A stretch of 57,773 nt of DNA from Clostridia bacterium (GTDB lineage Bacteria > Bacillota > Clostridia > Christensenellales > Aristaeellaceae): the NCBI GenBank assembly GCA_017436605.1, contig JAFSCW010000125.1:1-57773 (forward strand), given 5' to 3'. Positions 15,768 to 25,256 of the stretch are shown here, one piece after another. The notes under the pieces were generated by a model that had not been told where the DNA came from, searched no databases, and saw only the letters and a list, made by a program, of their open reading frames with translations. Numbering within the stretch: the first letter of the stretch is position 1; each line of letters begins with the position of its first letter. A program made the translations under genes and the position numbers.

Positions 15768-15922
15768 GATTGCAAGTAGTATTCGAGCGCCCATTGCGCG
15801 AAGAATACGGCTTCAGGACGCAAGCGCCCCTCTTCCCTGCCCAATCAGGCATCGGAGGGCCTTCCGCCCGAACGATGCCCTTCAATCAGGCGCGAAGCTC
15901 AGTGGAAGCGGACACCGTCCGC

Positions 15923-16801
15923 TTAGCCCTTGACGCCCGCCTGCACGGAGATGCCCTGCAGGAAGTACTTCTGCGCGCACAGGTACAGCACAAACGGCGG
16001 CACCATGGACACGAGACAGGACGCGATCATGTGCGCCCAGCGCTGCTCGTACTGACCCATCAGCAGGCGCAGACCAGCGGTCAGCGTCTGGTTGTTGACG
16101 TCAGTCATGACGATGCGCGGCCAGAGGTAGTCGTTCCATGCGCCGTTGAAGGCGAACAGGCCGACGACGATCATAACCGGCATGATGGACGGCAGGATGA
16201 TCTTGGTATACACCTGGAAGCTCGATGCACCGTCGATGGTCGCCGCCTCATCCAGCGCCTTCGGAATGCTCTTCATGAAGTTGCGGATCAGGAAGATATT
16301 GAAGACGCCGGCCAGCATCGGCCAGATCAGAGCGTTGAGGTTGTTGACCCAGCCCAGCGCATTGGCAATACGGAACTGCGGAAGGATCGCAACGACGTTC
16401 GGGAACATGCTCATGTACATGAGGGTCCAGAAGATCTTGTCGCCGCCCTTGAAGTCCAGACGCTCATACGCATACGCGGACAGGGAGGTGATGAACACCG
16501 TGCACACCGTCACCGTGATGGAGACGACGAAGGAGTTGTAGAACATCAGACCGATGTTCGCGTTCGTATTGACGTTCGCGCCGCCAAAGAAGAGCTCCGT
16601 ATAGTTGGAGGTCGTCCAGGCCTTCGGAATCAGGCGGGTCAGATAATCCATCGGACCGGTGATGTTCGCGAAGGACGTGATGAAGTCAGCGTCAAACTTG
16701 AAGGAGTTGGTGATCAGCCAGACAATCGGCTCGAACCAGCAGATGCCCAGAATGATCAGGAACAGGAACGCGATCAGCTTGCCTCTTTTATTCTCTGCCA
16801 T
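15923..16801 (-). CDS. Carbohydrate ABC transporter permease (MalG-like)
   Basis: Permease-like sequence with TM topology. RBS AAGGAGGG lies 7 nt before ATG 16801. Confidence 0.9.
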   Translation of the reverse strand: MAENKRGKLIAFLFLIILGICWFEPIVWLITNSFKFDADFITSFANITGPMDYLTRLIPKAWTTSNYTELFFGGANVNTNANIGLMFYNSFVVSITVTVCTVFITSLSAYAYERLDFKGGDKIFWTLMYMSMFPNVVAILPQFRIANALGWVNNLNALIWPMLAGVFNIFLIRNFMKSIPKALDEAATIDGASSFQVYTKIILPSIMPVMIVVGLFAFNGAWNDYLWPRIVMTDVNNQTLTAGLRLLMGQYEQRWAHMIASCLVSMVPPFVLYLCAQKYFLQGISVQAGVKG

Positions 16802-16815
16802 AATCGTTCCCTCCT

Positions 16816-18159
16816 TTAATCCTGCTGGTTCTTGACCATCATGCGCATCTGGATGAAGGAAACCACCATGATGCACAGGCCAAGGATAACCGCCATCGCA
16901 GAGGACATACCAGCCACCTGCTTCTTGACGGAGTTCTCGTAGATGTACTGCAGCAGCACGGAGTTGGCTTCCGCATTGGAGAAGCCGACCAAGATATCCG
17001 GCTGGCCGTAGATGTTGAACTGCGCAACCACCGAGGTGACCAGCGTGTACATGAGCGGATAGGTCATGTTCGGCAGGGTTACGTTGAAGAACTTCTGGAT
17101 GGTGCCGGCGCCGTCAACAGAGGCAGCCTCGTACTGATCCTGCGGCACGGATGCCAGCGCGCTCTGATAGATAACCATCGTGGAACCGGTACACCACCAG
17201 ACGGTGACGATGACGAGCATGACCCAGGTATACGGCGGCATGAAGAAGTTAGCGTCGACGCCCAGGAACTTATTCACGATACCATACTGGGTGTTGAACA
17301 CGTAGCGCCAAGTCAGGGTGACGGTGGAGATGGACATCAGGCTCGGCAGATAATACAGCGCCTGGAAGATCTTGTTGCCCTTCGGGCGGGCGTTGAGCGC
17401 CAGCGCCAGAGAGAGCGGCACGATGATACAGAACGGCACGCACATGAGCACGAACTTAATCGTGTTCCAGAGACCGTTGCGCAGCTGCTTGTAGTAGGTG
17501 TTGGTAGAATCGAAGAACAGCGTCTTGAAGTTCTCAAGACCGGTGAAGACCGGCTCGGTGAACAGATCCCACTTCGTGAACGCGGCGTAAACACCGTAGA
17601 TCGCCGGGGTCATGAAGAAGATGATGAAGAAGAACAGATGCGGTCCAATGTACGCATAGGGAAGCAGATCACGCTTGAGGATGTGACGGCGCTCCTTGGA
17701 GAAATCGCCATGACCGATCACGCAGGAGAGCGCGATGCTCACCAGGGTCAGGTACGTCACAATATTAAAGCCCGGGGTGATCAGCTTCACGTCGCGCTTC
17801 TTGAACTTGACCTCAGCCAGTTCAAGCGCCTCAGCGATGGGCGTATAGAGCGCGGAGTTCTTCTGCTCCATGGAGAAGAACACCATGAACAGGCCGAACG
17901 CCACGGTCGCCACAAAGCTGAAGAGCATGCCGACGTTTTTCTCATCCTGAATGAACGCGATAAACGCAGCAACAGCAGCCACAAGGGCCAGCGGAATGAG
18001 CAGCAGCGGCGCGCTGGACAGGGAGAAGAGCAGCTTGGGCATGCCCATCTCGATAGCCACGGTCGTATCCTTGACCGTCGTCGTCGCCGTTACACCAGCA
18101 AAGCAGAAGAGGACGATAAACGCGAGCGCCAGAAACGCCGCGATTTTGGAACGTGTCAT
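16816..18159 (-). CDS. Carbohydrate ABC transporter permease (MalF-like) with an extra N-terminal multi-TM extension of about 170 aa
   Basis: The C-terminal half is a typical sugar permease. RBS AAGAGGTG precedes ATG 18159. Confidence 0.85.
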   Translation of the reverse strand: MTRSKIAAFLALAFIVLFCFAGVTATTTVKDTTVAIEMGMPKLLFSLSSAPLLLIPLALVAAVAAFIAFIQDEKNVGMLFSFVATVAFGLFMVFFSMEQKNSALYTPIAEALELAEVKFKKRDVKLITPGFNIVTYLTLVSIALSCVIGHGDFSKERRHILKRDLLPYAYIGPHLFFFIIFFMTPAIYGVYAAFTKWDLFTEPVFTGLENFKTLFFDSTNTYYKQLRNGLWNTIKFVLMCVPFCIIVPLSLALALNARPKGNKIFQALYYLPSLMSISTVTLTWRYVFNTQYGIVNKFLGVDANFFMPPYTWVMLVIVTVWWCTGSTMVIYQSALASVPQDQYEAASVDGAGTIQKFFNVTLPNMTYPLMYTLVTSVVAQFNIYGQPDILVGFSNAEANSVLLQYIYENSVKKQVAGMSSAMAVILGLCIMVVSFIQMRMMVKNQQD

Positions 18160-18362
18160 TCCGACACCTCTTTTCTCTTGATGTTGCAGGCAGGCCGGCA
18201 TCATGCCAAAACGCACACGCAGTACGCAGCCGCTGCGGCAAAGGCGCACGCTGCGCCCCGCATCCGCTGTGAATCTGGCATCATGCCGGATAAGGCAGGG
18301 GGATTCCTCCCCCTGCCTTGGTGCATGTCAGTTAGTCAGTCAATCCGACTCAGGCTATGCAA

Positions 18363-19595
18363 TTACTGCGCAGCGATGGCGTCAGCAACTTCCTGCAGAA
18401 CCTGATCGATGGCGGCGTCGATTTCGATGGTGCCGTCAACGAAGTCCCAACCAATGCGGGAGAAGGCGGTGTCGAACAGACCCCAGTGCAGGTAGTAGTA
18501 GATGGCCAGCTCGTCTTCGCGCGCCGGATCAGCCAGGAAGGCCTGCGGCATGGAAGCGAACTCAGCAACTTCGTTCAGAGAGACGTGAGCCGGAACCTGG
18601 CCAGCGTCCTTCGCCCAAACGAGGGAATTCTCGCCCATGAAGTTGACGAACTTGGCAACGGCCAGGTCCTCTTCCTCGGTGCGCTCTTCGTCAGCAAACT
18701 GGACGAAGTTGTGGGAAGACATCCACTCCTTGCAGGTCGCCGGATCGAAGCAGACGGCCGGATACATCTCGAAGTTCACGCCAGCGTCAACCGCAGCGGC
18801 CTTCATCCAGATGCCCTCGGACCAGATCAGCAGTTCGCCGCCGTAGAACATGGAGGAGTAGTCATCGGTCTTGGTGGTGGTGTAGCCCTGCTCATAGAGT
18901 TCCTTCATGGTCTCCATGGCCTTCTTCATGGCTTCCCTGTCGAGCGCCGGCGCAACGCCGTCGTCGGTCAGCTTGTGGCCGTCAGCCAGCTGAGCATAGT
19001 AGCCCAGCATCTGAGCGCGCATCCAGCCCAGGTCGAAGGTCTTGCCGGTGAAGCCCTGCTCCTTCGCCTTGTCGCCAGCCCACTTCACTTCGTCGAAAGT
19101 GATGTAGCCGTCAGCCAGGATCTCGTTCAGGCCATACTGGTCGAACAGGTCCTTGTTGATGTAGGTGATGTAGCCATGGACGTCCAGCGGAATGCCATAC
19201 TGCTCGTCATCGATGGTGGACTTCACCCAAGCAGCCTGGTTGTAGTTCTCCTGCTTGATGCCGGCCTCGGCGACGAGATCCAGATCATAGGAGTAGAGCA
19301 GCTCCTGATCCACGAAGTTCGGGATGCGCTCGATGTGCACAACACAAACGTCCGGGATGCCGGTGCCGGTCTGAACGGTCAGCGGGATCTTCTGATAGAG
19401 GTCGTCCGCGGTCATCGGGGTGTGATTCACGATGACTTCATCCTGGGAAGCGTTGAACGCATCGACCATGCCCTGCATGACCGCGCCGTCGCCGCCAGTG
19501 AAGACGGACCAGTAGTTGATTTCGGTAGCAGCCATCGCGGTCGCCGCGGTCAGCAGCATAACCAGAGACAGCACGAGAGCCAGAGTCTTCTTCAT
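18363..19595 (-). CDS. Extracellular sugar-binding protein of the ABC transporter
   Basis: Signal peptide MKKTLALVLSLVMLLTAATAMA. Family-1 solute-binding protein-like sequence. RBS AAGGAGG. Confidence 0.9.
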   Translation of the reverse strand: MKKTLALVLSLVMLLTAATAMAATEINYWSVFTGGDGAVMQGMVDAFNASQDEVIVNHTPMTADDLYQKIPLTVQTGTGIPDVCVVHIERIPNFVDQELLYSYDLDLVAEAGIKQENYNQAAWVKSTIDDEQYGIPLDVHGYITYINKDLFDQYGLNEILADGYITFDEVKWAGDKAKEQGFTGKTFDLGWMRAQMLGYYAQLADGHKLTDDGVAPALDREAMKKAMETMKELYEQGYTTTKTDDYSSMFYGGELLIWSEGIWMKAAAVDAGVNFEMYPAVCFDPATCKEWMSSHNFVQFADEERTEEEDLAVAKFVNFMGENSLVWAKDAGQVPAHVSLNEVAEFASMPQAFLADPAREDELAIYYYLHWGLFDTAFSRIGWDFVDGTIEIDAAIDQVLQEVADAIAAQ

Positions 19596-19767
19596 AGAGA
19601 AAAACCTCCTTTTTATTTTATACCGCTAAACTTCGCAGCGGTATAATTACGCTGTTATCCGGCGCCGTATCCTGGGGAGCGCCGACGCCCCATGGGGTTT
19701 ATGCCTTTTTCATACGCTCACGGATTTCACGCTCGCGCCGTTCGCGCCATTGGCGAACGACAAACCC

Positions 19768-21585
19768 TCAGACCAGCTGATTGGTGCGGCCGGGCGCGCA
19801 CTGATTGATCTCGCGCACGCGCGCGACGTCCATCTTCGGCTTGCGCTCCGGGCTCAGCAGGCCGTTGATCTCCTGCATGACGTCCGTCAGCTGGGTGTAG
19901 CAGTAGCCCTGGCAGTACGGGATTTCGCGCACGCCGTCGGTCACGCCCTTGAAGCGCTCGAAGAACGCCTCTTCGTCGGTCACCTTGCCGTGATAACCCC
20001 AGGTCTGCATGCCGCCCATCTCGCCCTGGATGCCGATGTTCTGGAAGGCGATGCCGCCGTACTCGGTGACCAGGAAGGCCTCCTTGCCGGTGGGCTTTTC
20101 GGTGTTGCAGTAGCAAGGACGCCAGTCGCAGGCGTGGAGCTCCACTTCCTCGCGGTCGGCGAAGTGATTGGCGATGATGTCCTTCGCGTCGGCATAGTCA
20201 TGCAGACCGCAGATATCGGTGGTCACCTGCTCCCAGCCGTCGTTGGCGGAGCACATGCGCGTGCCGTCAGCCGCCTTGGTCAGGTGATAGAGCATGCGGC
20301 CGGCCGCCTGCTGGCGCTTGTCGGCGTAGATCTGGCGGACGCCCCAGCTCTCATTGAGCGGGACCCAACAGATGATGGACGGATGGTTGAAGTCGCGGTC
20401 GATGAACTCGAGCATCGTATCCGCGAGGTTGCGGACGGTGTCGTCGGTGTAGTCGTACGGGCTGGGCAGCTCGCCCCAGACCAGCACGCCCATCTTGTCC
20501 GCCCAGTAGTAGTAGCGCGGATCCTCGAGCTTCTGGTGCTTGCGCGCGCCGTTATAGCCGAAGTCCAGCGTGTACTGCAGATCGAGCCTGATCGCCTCGT
20601 CGCTCGGCGGGGTGATGTTGGATTCCGGCCAGTAGCCCTGGTCGAGAATCAGCTTCTGGTACAGCGGGCTGTTGTTGAGGTAGATACGGCCGTCACGCGC
20701 TTCGATCTTGCGCATGCCAAAATAGGTGTCAACCGTATCAACAGCCTCGCCGTTTTTCAGAAGCCTGACCTTGAGGTCATAGAGATTCGGGCAGCCGGGC
20801 GCCCATACCTTAATCGGATCGAGATCGCCCTTGACGATCATATCGACCGGAACGCGGGTGGAGCGGTCTTCGAGATTGACCCTGACCACGCGCCTGACCT
20901 TGCCCTCGAAGGACACGGTCAGCTCGAGTTCAAGGCTCTCGCGCGGATACTTGTCCAGCGCAATCTCCGCGGTGAACATGTGGCGGTCATAATCCGGGGT
21001 GACGTGGATATACTTCATCGCATACTCGCCCACGGCCTCCATATATACGGTCTGCCAGATGCCGGATACCGGCGTATACCAGCAGCCCATCAGGCCGCGA
21101 TCCCAGTACTGCTTGCCGCGCGGCTGCGTGCAGTCCGGATCATCCACAACGCGCAGGCACAGGTCGTTCTCGCCTTCCTTGAGCTGATCGGTGATATCGA
21201 AGGCGAACGGCGTATAGCCGCCCCTGTGCGTGCCGACCTGCTGACCGTTGACATACACGGCGCACTCAAAATCGACCGCGCCGAAACGCAGCAGGATGCG
21301 CTTGCCCTGCATTTCCTGCGGGACAGTAAAGCTGCGGCGATACCAGATCACCGGATGAATCTCATCCGTCGGGCCGAGGCCGGAGGCCTTGGTCTGGTAA
21401 GCGAAGGGAACGGTAATCTCAAGCGGCAGCGCATAGCCCGACTTCATCCAACCTTCGGCAACGCCCTTGTTCTCATCGTCGAATGCAAACTGCCATACGC
21501 CATTGAGATTCAGGAAGGTTTCGCGCACAAAATCGGGGCGCGGATGTTCCGGCCTGGGGATCACATTCGTCTTCTCAGTGCTCAT
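19768..21585 (-). CDS. Glycoside hydrolase family 2 enzyme (beta-galactosidase/glucuronidase-like)
   Basis: N-terminus PRPEHPRPDFVRETFLNLNGVWQFAFD; GH2 sugar-binding and TIM-barrel motifs. RBS GGGAGGA precedes ATG 21585. Confidence 0.85.
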   Translation of the reverse strand: MSTEKTNVIPRPEHPRPDFVRETFLNLNGVWQFAFDDENKGVAEGWMKSGYALPLEITVPFAYQTKASGLGPTDEIHPVIWYRRSFTVPQEMQGKRILLRFGAVDFECAVYVNGQQVGTHRGGYTPFAFDITDQLKEGENDLCLRVVDDPDCTQPRGKQYWDRGLMGCWYTPVSGIWQTVYMEAVGEYAMKYIHVTPDYDRHMFTAEIALDKYPRESLELELTVSFEGKVRRVVRVNLEDRSTRVPVDMIVKGDLDPIKVWAPGCPNLYDLKVRLLKNGEAVDTVDTYFGMRKIEARDGRIYLNNSPLYQKLILDQGYWPESNITPPSDEAIRLDLQYTLDFGYNGARKHQKLEDPRYYYWADKMGVLVWGELPSPYDYTDDTVRNLADTMLEFIDRDFNHPSIICWVPLNESWGVRQIYADKRQQAAGRMLYHLTKAADGTRMCSANDGWEQVTTDICGLHDYADAKDIIANHFADREEVELHACDWRPCYCNTEKPTGKEAFLVTEYGGIAFQNIGIQGEMGGMQTWGYHGKVTDEEAFFERFKGVTDGVREIPYCQGYCYTQLTDVMQEINGLLSPERKPKMDVARVREINQCAPGRTNQLV

Positions 21586-21634
21586 CGGTCGTCCTCCCGG
21601 TATATTTTGTATTCTTTGGAATGAGGGGTAAGTG

Positions 21635-21659
21635 TTTGCTCCAAATAAATTGGAGCAAA
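21635..21659. promoter_or_regulatory. Perfect 10-bp inverted repeat in the GH2 operon leader, a candidate operator
   Basis: TTTGCTCCAA-ATAAA-TTGGAGCAAA, followed directly by the palindrome AAAGGCGATCGCCTTT. Confidence 0.4.
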
Positions 21660-21820
21660 AAGGCGATCGCCTTTTAATTATGTGGACATTTTCTTGGCAC
21701 AATGACCAAATCTAACAAAAAAGACCCGGACTTGTTGATACACTGAGTATAACAACAACCGGGACATGCTGTCAAGCATTTTGGAATATTTTATATATTT
21801 CGCACATTCCAGCGAATTGA

Positions 21821-22807
21821 TTACATAATTTCTGTAGTCTTATCCTCTTCGCCCTTCATGTGATAGCCAAGACAGAGCATCAGCGCCTGCGGGTGATCGC
21901 CGAAGCATTCGCCGAACAGGTTGATTCCGCCGATATTCTGGGCATCCTCCGGAATCTCGATTTTCACGGCGATGTGATCGTGTTGGCCGATATGCAGATC
22001 GTTGATCGTCACATCGCTCATGCGCACATTTTCCAGATAGGTTCCCTCCCGCGTGACGCGCCACGCCTTGAGAAAGCCATACTGCGTGGAAAGCTCCGAC
22101 CACCATTCCGGCGTCAGCCTGCCCCGCCTTCCGCCGCAGTCGCACGGGCAGGTCCACACGCCCAGCCGCACGCCGTTGATCGACACAGCGATATCGCTCT
22201 TCCACGGGTCGCGGTACATCGGCGCTTCCGAGCAGGACTCACACGAGAACTCAACCCAGTCGACGACGATCTGTTCCATCTGCGCATGGGCAAACCGGTA
22301 TTCCAGCGCGCCCTGGCGGAACCAGATCAGCTGCGCGCCGAAGCGATCCGGCGAATAGAACAAAGAGGGATTGTCCATCTCGCCGATGATCGTCTTATGG
22401 CCGGCGAGGCCGCAGGTCGGCTTGATCCCCTCCGCGAAGCTGTATCCGCCGATGGGCATCTGCATAACCAGTATGCTCGAGCGCTCCTCGTCCTCCGGGG
22501 AAAGGCGAACGGACAGCGTATCCAGCCTGCGGCTGCACAGCTTCATCGAACCGCGCGCGCCGGGCTGCGTTTCCGTCATGATGAGTCCTGCCTCCTCCAG
22601 CGTCTTGACCGCCAGCGCGGCCGTGGACATCGGAATATCCAGCGCCTGCGCCAGCTCGCCCACGTTCATATTCCGTGTGCCCAGCACCTGCATAATCCGG
22701 ATCCGCACCGGAGACGCCAGCGCATGCGAAATCCTGTAGAGCATATCCGGCTTGGAAATCGACAGATCGACGTGTTTTCCCTGAATCTCATCCATTTGTT
22801 TCGCCAC
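21821..22807 (-). CDS. ArsR-type winged-helix regulator with a large C-terminal domain
   Basis: ISHALASPVRIRIMQVLGTRNMNVGELAQALDIPMSTAALAVKTLEEAGLI is an HTH_20/ArsR signature. Confidence 0.8.
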   Translation of the reverse strand: MAKQMDEIQGKHVDLSISKPDMLYRISHALASPVRIRIMQVLGTRNMNVGELAQALDIPMSTAALAVKTLEEAGLIMTETQPGARGSMKLCSRRLDTLSVRLSPEDEERSSILVMQMPIGGYSFAEGIKPTCGLAGHKTIIGEMDNPSLFYSPDRFGAQLIWFRQGALEYRFAHAQMEQIVVDWVEFSCESCSEAPMYRDPWKSDIAVSINGVRLGVWTCPCDCGGRRGRLTPEWWSELSTQYGFLKAWRVTREGTYLENVRMSDVTINDLHIGQHDHIAVKIEIPEDAQNIGGINLFGECFGDHPQALMLCLGYHMKGEEDKTTEIM

Positions 22808-22940
22808 CTTTCCATGATAAACCTATTATGCCACATTCTCGCCCGGCTGACGAGATGGGATTTGTACAATGCTGAAATTTGTACTTTACTTCCATCCCCG
22901 CCTGTGCTATGCTGATGGCGCAAACGAGAATATTCCCCCG

Positions 22941-23023
22941 CGCTGCCACCGGGCAGCGGTGCATGCAGCACCCGGGTCGCGTCGTTAGGTCTTTGAAGAC
23001 GCGCCCTCGGGTGCTTTTGTTTT
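22941..23023 (+). promoter_or_regulatory. Leader with alternative hairpins and a strong intrinsic terminator upstream of the MATE gene (attenuator or orphan riboswitch candidate)
   Basis: Hairpin CGCTGCC-ACCG-GGCAGCG (22941-22958). Possible anti-terminator GGTGC/GCACC (22958-22972). Terminator GCACCCGGGTCGCGTC...GACGCGCCCTCGGGTGC followed by TTTTGTTTT (22968-23023). It ends 40 nt before the start codon. Confidence 0.6.
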
Positions 23024-23063
23024 CCGGATCAGCCCCGCACGCCTGTCCAAGGAGGTTTTATCC

Positions 23064-24338
23064 ATGCCGCTGAGCGCCTTTCTCCATTCCATTCTGCCTG
23101 CCGTCGCCGGGATGATCGGCCTTTCGTGCTATATTCTCGTCGATACGCTCTTCGTCTCCGCCGCGCTGGGCGCGGGCGGTCTGGCCGCGCTGAATCTGTC
23201 CATCTCCGTTTTCAGCCTCATTTCCGGCGTCGGCCAGATGGCGGGCGTCGGCGGCGGAACAGACTGCGCGCTCCGCCGCGGCGCCGGCAAAAGCGGCAGC
23301 CCCGCCTTCGCCGGCGCGCTGCGCTTCGGCGCCTGCGCCTCCATCTGCTTTTTCCTCGCCGGTCTTTTCTGCCCGCGCGAAATCAGCCTGCTGTTGGGCG
23401 CGGACGACGCCACGCTCGCGCTGACGCAGACCTACGTCCGCATGACGCTGCTCTTTGCGCCCGCCTATATCCTCAACGCCATTTTGCAGGGCTTCGCGCG
23501 CAACGACGGCGCGCCTCGCCTGGCGATGGCGTCCATGCTCCTGAGCAGCGCCGCCAACATCGCGCTGGACTATCTGTTCATGTTCCCGCTCCGTATGGGC
23601 ATGTTCGGCGCGGTGCTGGCGACCGGCCTTTCCGCCTGCATGAGCATCGCGCTGCTGATGACGCATTTTGCAAAGAGCACGCTGCGCCCCGCGAAGGCGG
23701 AAATCTCCCTGCATGAGCTGGCGAGGCTTCTCTCCTGCGGCCTCTCCGCGCTGATTGGCGAGCTCGCCTCCGCCGTCTCCCTGATCACCTTCAACCTCCT
23801 GCTCATGCACATCGGCGGCTACATCGCCGTTGCAGCGTATGGCGTCATCGCCAACGTCGCGCTCGTCGCCGCGTCCGTCTTCACGGGCCTCGGCCAGGGG
23901 CTTCAGCCGCTGGCCAGCCATGCCTACGGCGCGGGCGACAGCGCGGCAGACGCCCGTCTTCGCCGGATGACCGCCGCATGCACAGGCGCGCTGAGCATCC
24001 TGCTCTTCGCAGCCGTTTTTTTCTTTGCCGATCCCATCGCTGCCGCATTCAACAGCGAGGGCAGCCGGGAGCTGGCGCAGCTCGCCGCCGCCGGCTTGCG
24101 GATTTACTTCGCCGGCTATCTCTTCGCCGGCGTGAACATCGCCGCAGCGGCTTACCTCAGCGCAGTCGCCCGCCCGGGGCGCGCGCTGTGCCTCTCGCTT
24201 CTGCGCAGCTGCGTCCTGCTCGTGCCCGCCGCCGTCGTCTGCAGCGCATCCTGGGGCGTCGGCGGTGTGTGGCTTTCCTTTCCGATGACAGAGGCCGCGG
24301 TCTGCGCGCTTTCGCTCGCGTTTCTGCGCCGCGCCTGA
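23064..24338 (+). CDS. MATE-family efflux transporter
   Basis: 12-TM profile and a MatE-like N-terminus ...ILPAVAGMIGLSCYILVDTLFVS... RBS AAGGAGG. Confidence 0.9.
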   Translation: MPLSAFLHSILPAVAGMIGLSCYILVDTLFVSAALGAGGLAALNLSISVFSLISGVGQMAGVGGGTDCALRRGAGKSGSPAFAGALRFGACASICFFLAGLFCPREISLLLGADDATLALTQTYVRMTLLFAPAYILNAILQGFARNDGAPRLAMASMLLSSAANIALDYLFMFPLRMGMFGAVLATGLSACMSIALLMTHFAKSTLRPAKAEISLHELARLLSCGLSALIGELASAVSLITFNLLLMHIGGYIAVAAYGVIANVALVAASVFTGLGQGLQPLASHAYGAGDSAADARLRRMTAACTGALSILLFAAVFFFADPIAAAFNSEGSRELAQLAAAGLRIYFAGYLFAGVNIAAAAYLSAVARPGRALCLSLLRSCVLLVPAAVVCSASWGVGGVWLSFPMTEAAVCALSLAFLRRA

Positions 24339-24461
24339 TTCTTCCGGCCTTATCCCGCAGACGCAAAAACAGTCCCCCGCCGCGCTTCAGGCAGGAGACC
24401 GTTTTTGATATTCCGATAGAATTGACCGATGGAACGATTTGTTTTTCCCTTCGCCCGCGGA

Positions 24462-25256
24462 TCAGGAGAGCAGCAGCTTGTCGCTGTTGAGCTGCTGTCC
24501 GGCAGCGCGCTCGAAGAGATTCAAAAGATCGGCGCGCGTGAGCTTCTTCTTGTCCTCTCCCGCCACGTCCACGACGATCCTGCCCTCGTGCATCATGATG
24601 AGCCGATTGCCCAGGTCGATCGCGTCCTGCATGTTGTGGGTGATCATCAGCGCGGTCAGCTTCTGCTCGCGGATGATCCTGTCGCTGAGTTCGAGCACCT
24701 TCGCCGCCGTCTTCGGGTCGAGCGCTGCGGTATGTTCATCCAGCAGCAGAAGCTTGGGCGTGCGCAGCGCAGCCATCAGCAGGGTCAGCGCCTGGCGCTG
24801 TCCGCCGGAAAGCAGACCGACCTTGCTGGCCATGCGGTCTTCCAGACCCAGGCCAAGCGTATGCAGCTGCTCGCGGTACATCTCCCGCTCCATGTTGCTG
24901 ATGCCCCATCTGAGGCCGCGCCTCTCGCCGCGGCGCATGGCCAGGGCCATGTTCTCCTCGATGTTCATCGTCGCAGCCGTGCCGGTCATCGGATCCTGGA
25001 ACACGCGGCCCAGATACTTCGCCCGCTTGAATTCCGGCAGATGCGTCACGTCGATGCCGTCGATGACGATGCTTCCCTTGTCCACGGAAAACACGCCTGC
25101 GACGGCGTTGAGCATGGTGGACTTGCCCGCGCCGTTGCCGCCGATGACCGTCGCAAAGTCGCCGGGGTTCAGCTGCAGATCGACGTCCACCAGCGCGGTC
25201 TTCTCGGTAATCAGGCCGCGGTTAAACGTCTTGGCGATGTGGTTGATCTTAAGCAC
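24462..25256 (-). CDS. ABC transporter ATP-binding protein (COG1101-type, partner of the COG2984 binding protein)
   Basis: Walker A GGNGAGKST, signature LSGGQRQ, Walker B LLLLDEH. A GTG start at 25256 behind AAGGAGAAGGGAGG is proposed; the ATG at 25292 is the alternative. Confidence 0.9.
   Translation of the reverse strand: MLKINHIAKTFNRGLITEKTALVDVDLQLNPGDFATVIGGNGAGKSTMLNAVAGVFSVDKGSIVIDGIDVTHLPEFKRAKYLGRVFQDPMTGTAATMNIEENMALAMRRGERRGLRWGISNMEREMYREQLHTLGLGLEDRMASKVGLLSGGQRQALTLLMAALRTPKLLLLDEHTAALDPKTAAKVLELSDRIIREQKLTALMITHNMQDAIDLGNRLIMMHEGRIVVDVAGEDKKKLTRADLLNLFERAAGQQLNSDKLLLS

Noticed and set aside
22900-23023. MATE leader as a fluoride, guanidine-I/II/III, ZTP or preQ1 riboswitch
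   Set aside because: There are only fragmentary resemblances. GCTGATGGCGC is similar to the fluoride 3' motif, the ACCG loop is similar to the ACGR loop of mini-ykkC, and CACCCGG is similar to guanidine-III. The remaining conserved positions of each class, as I remember them, are absent.
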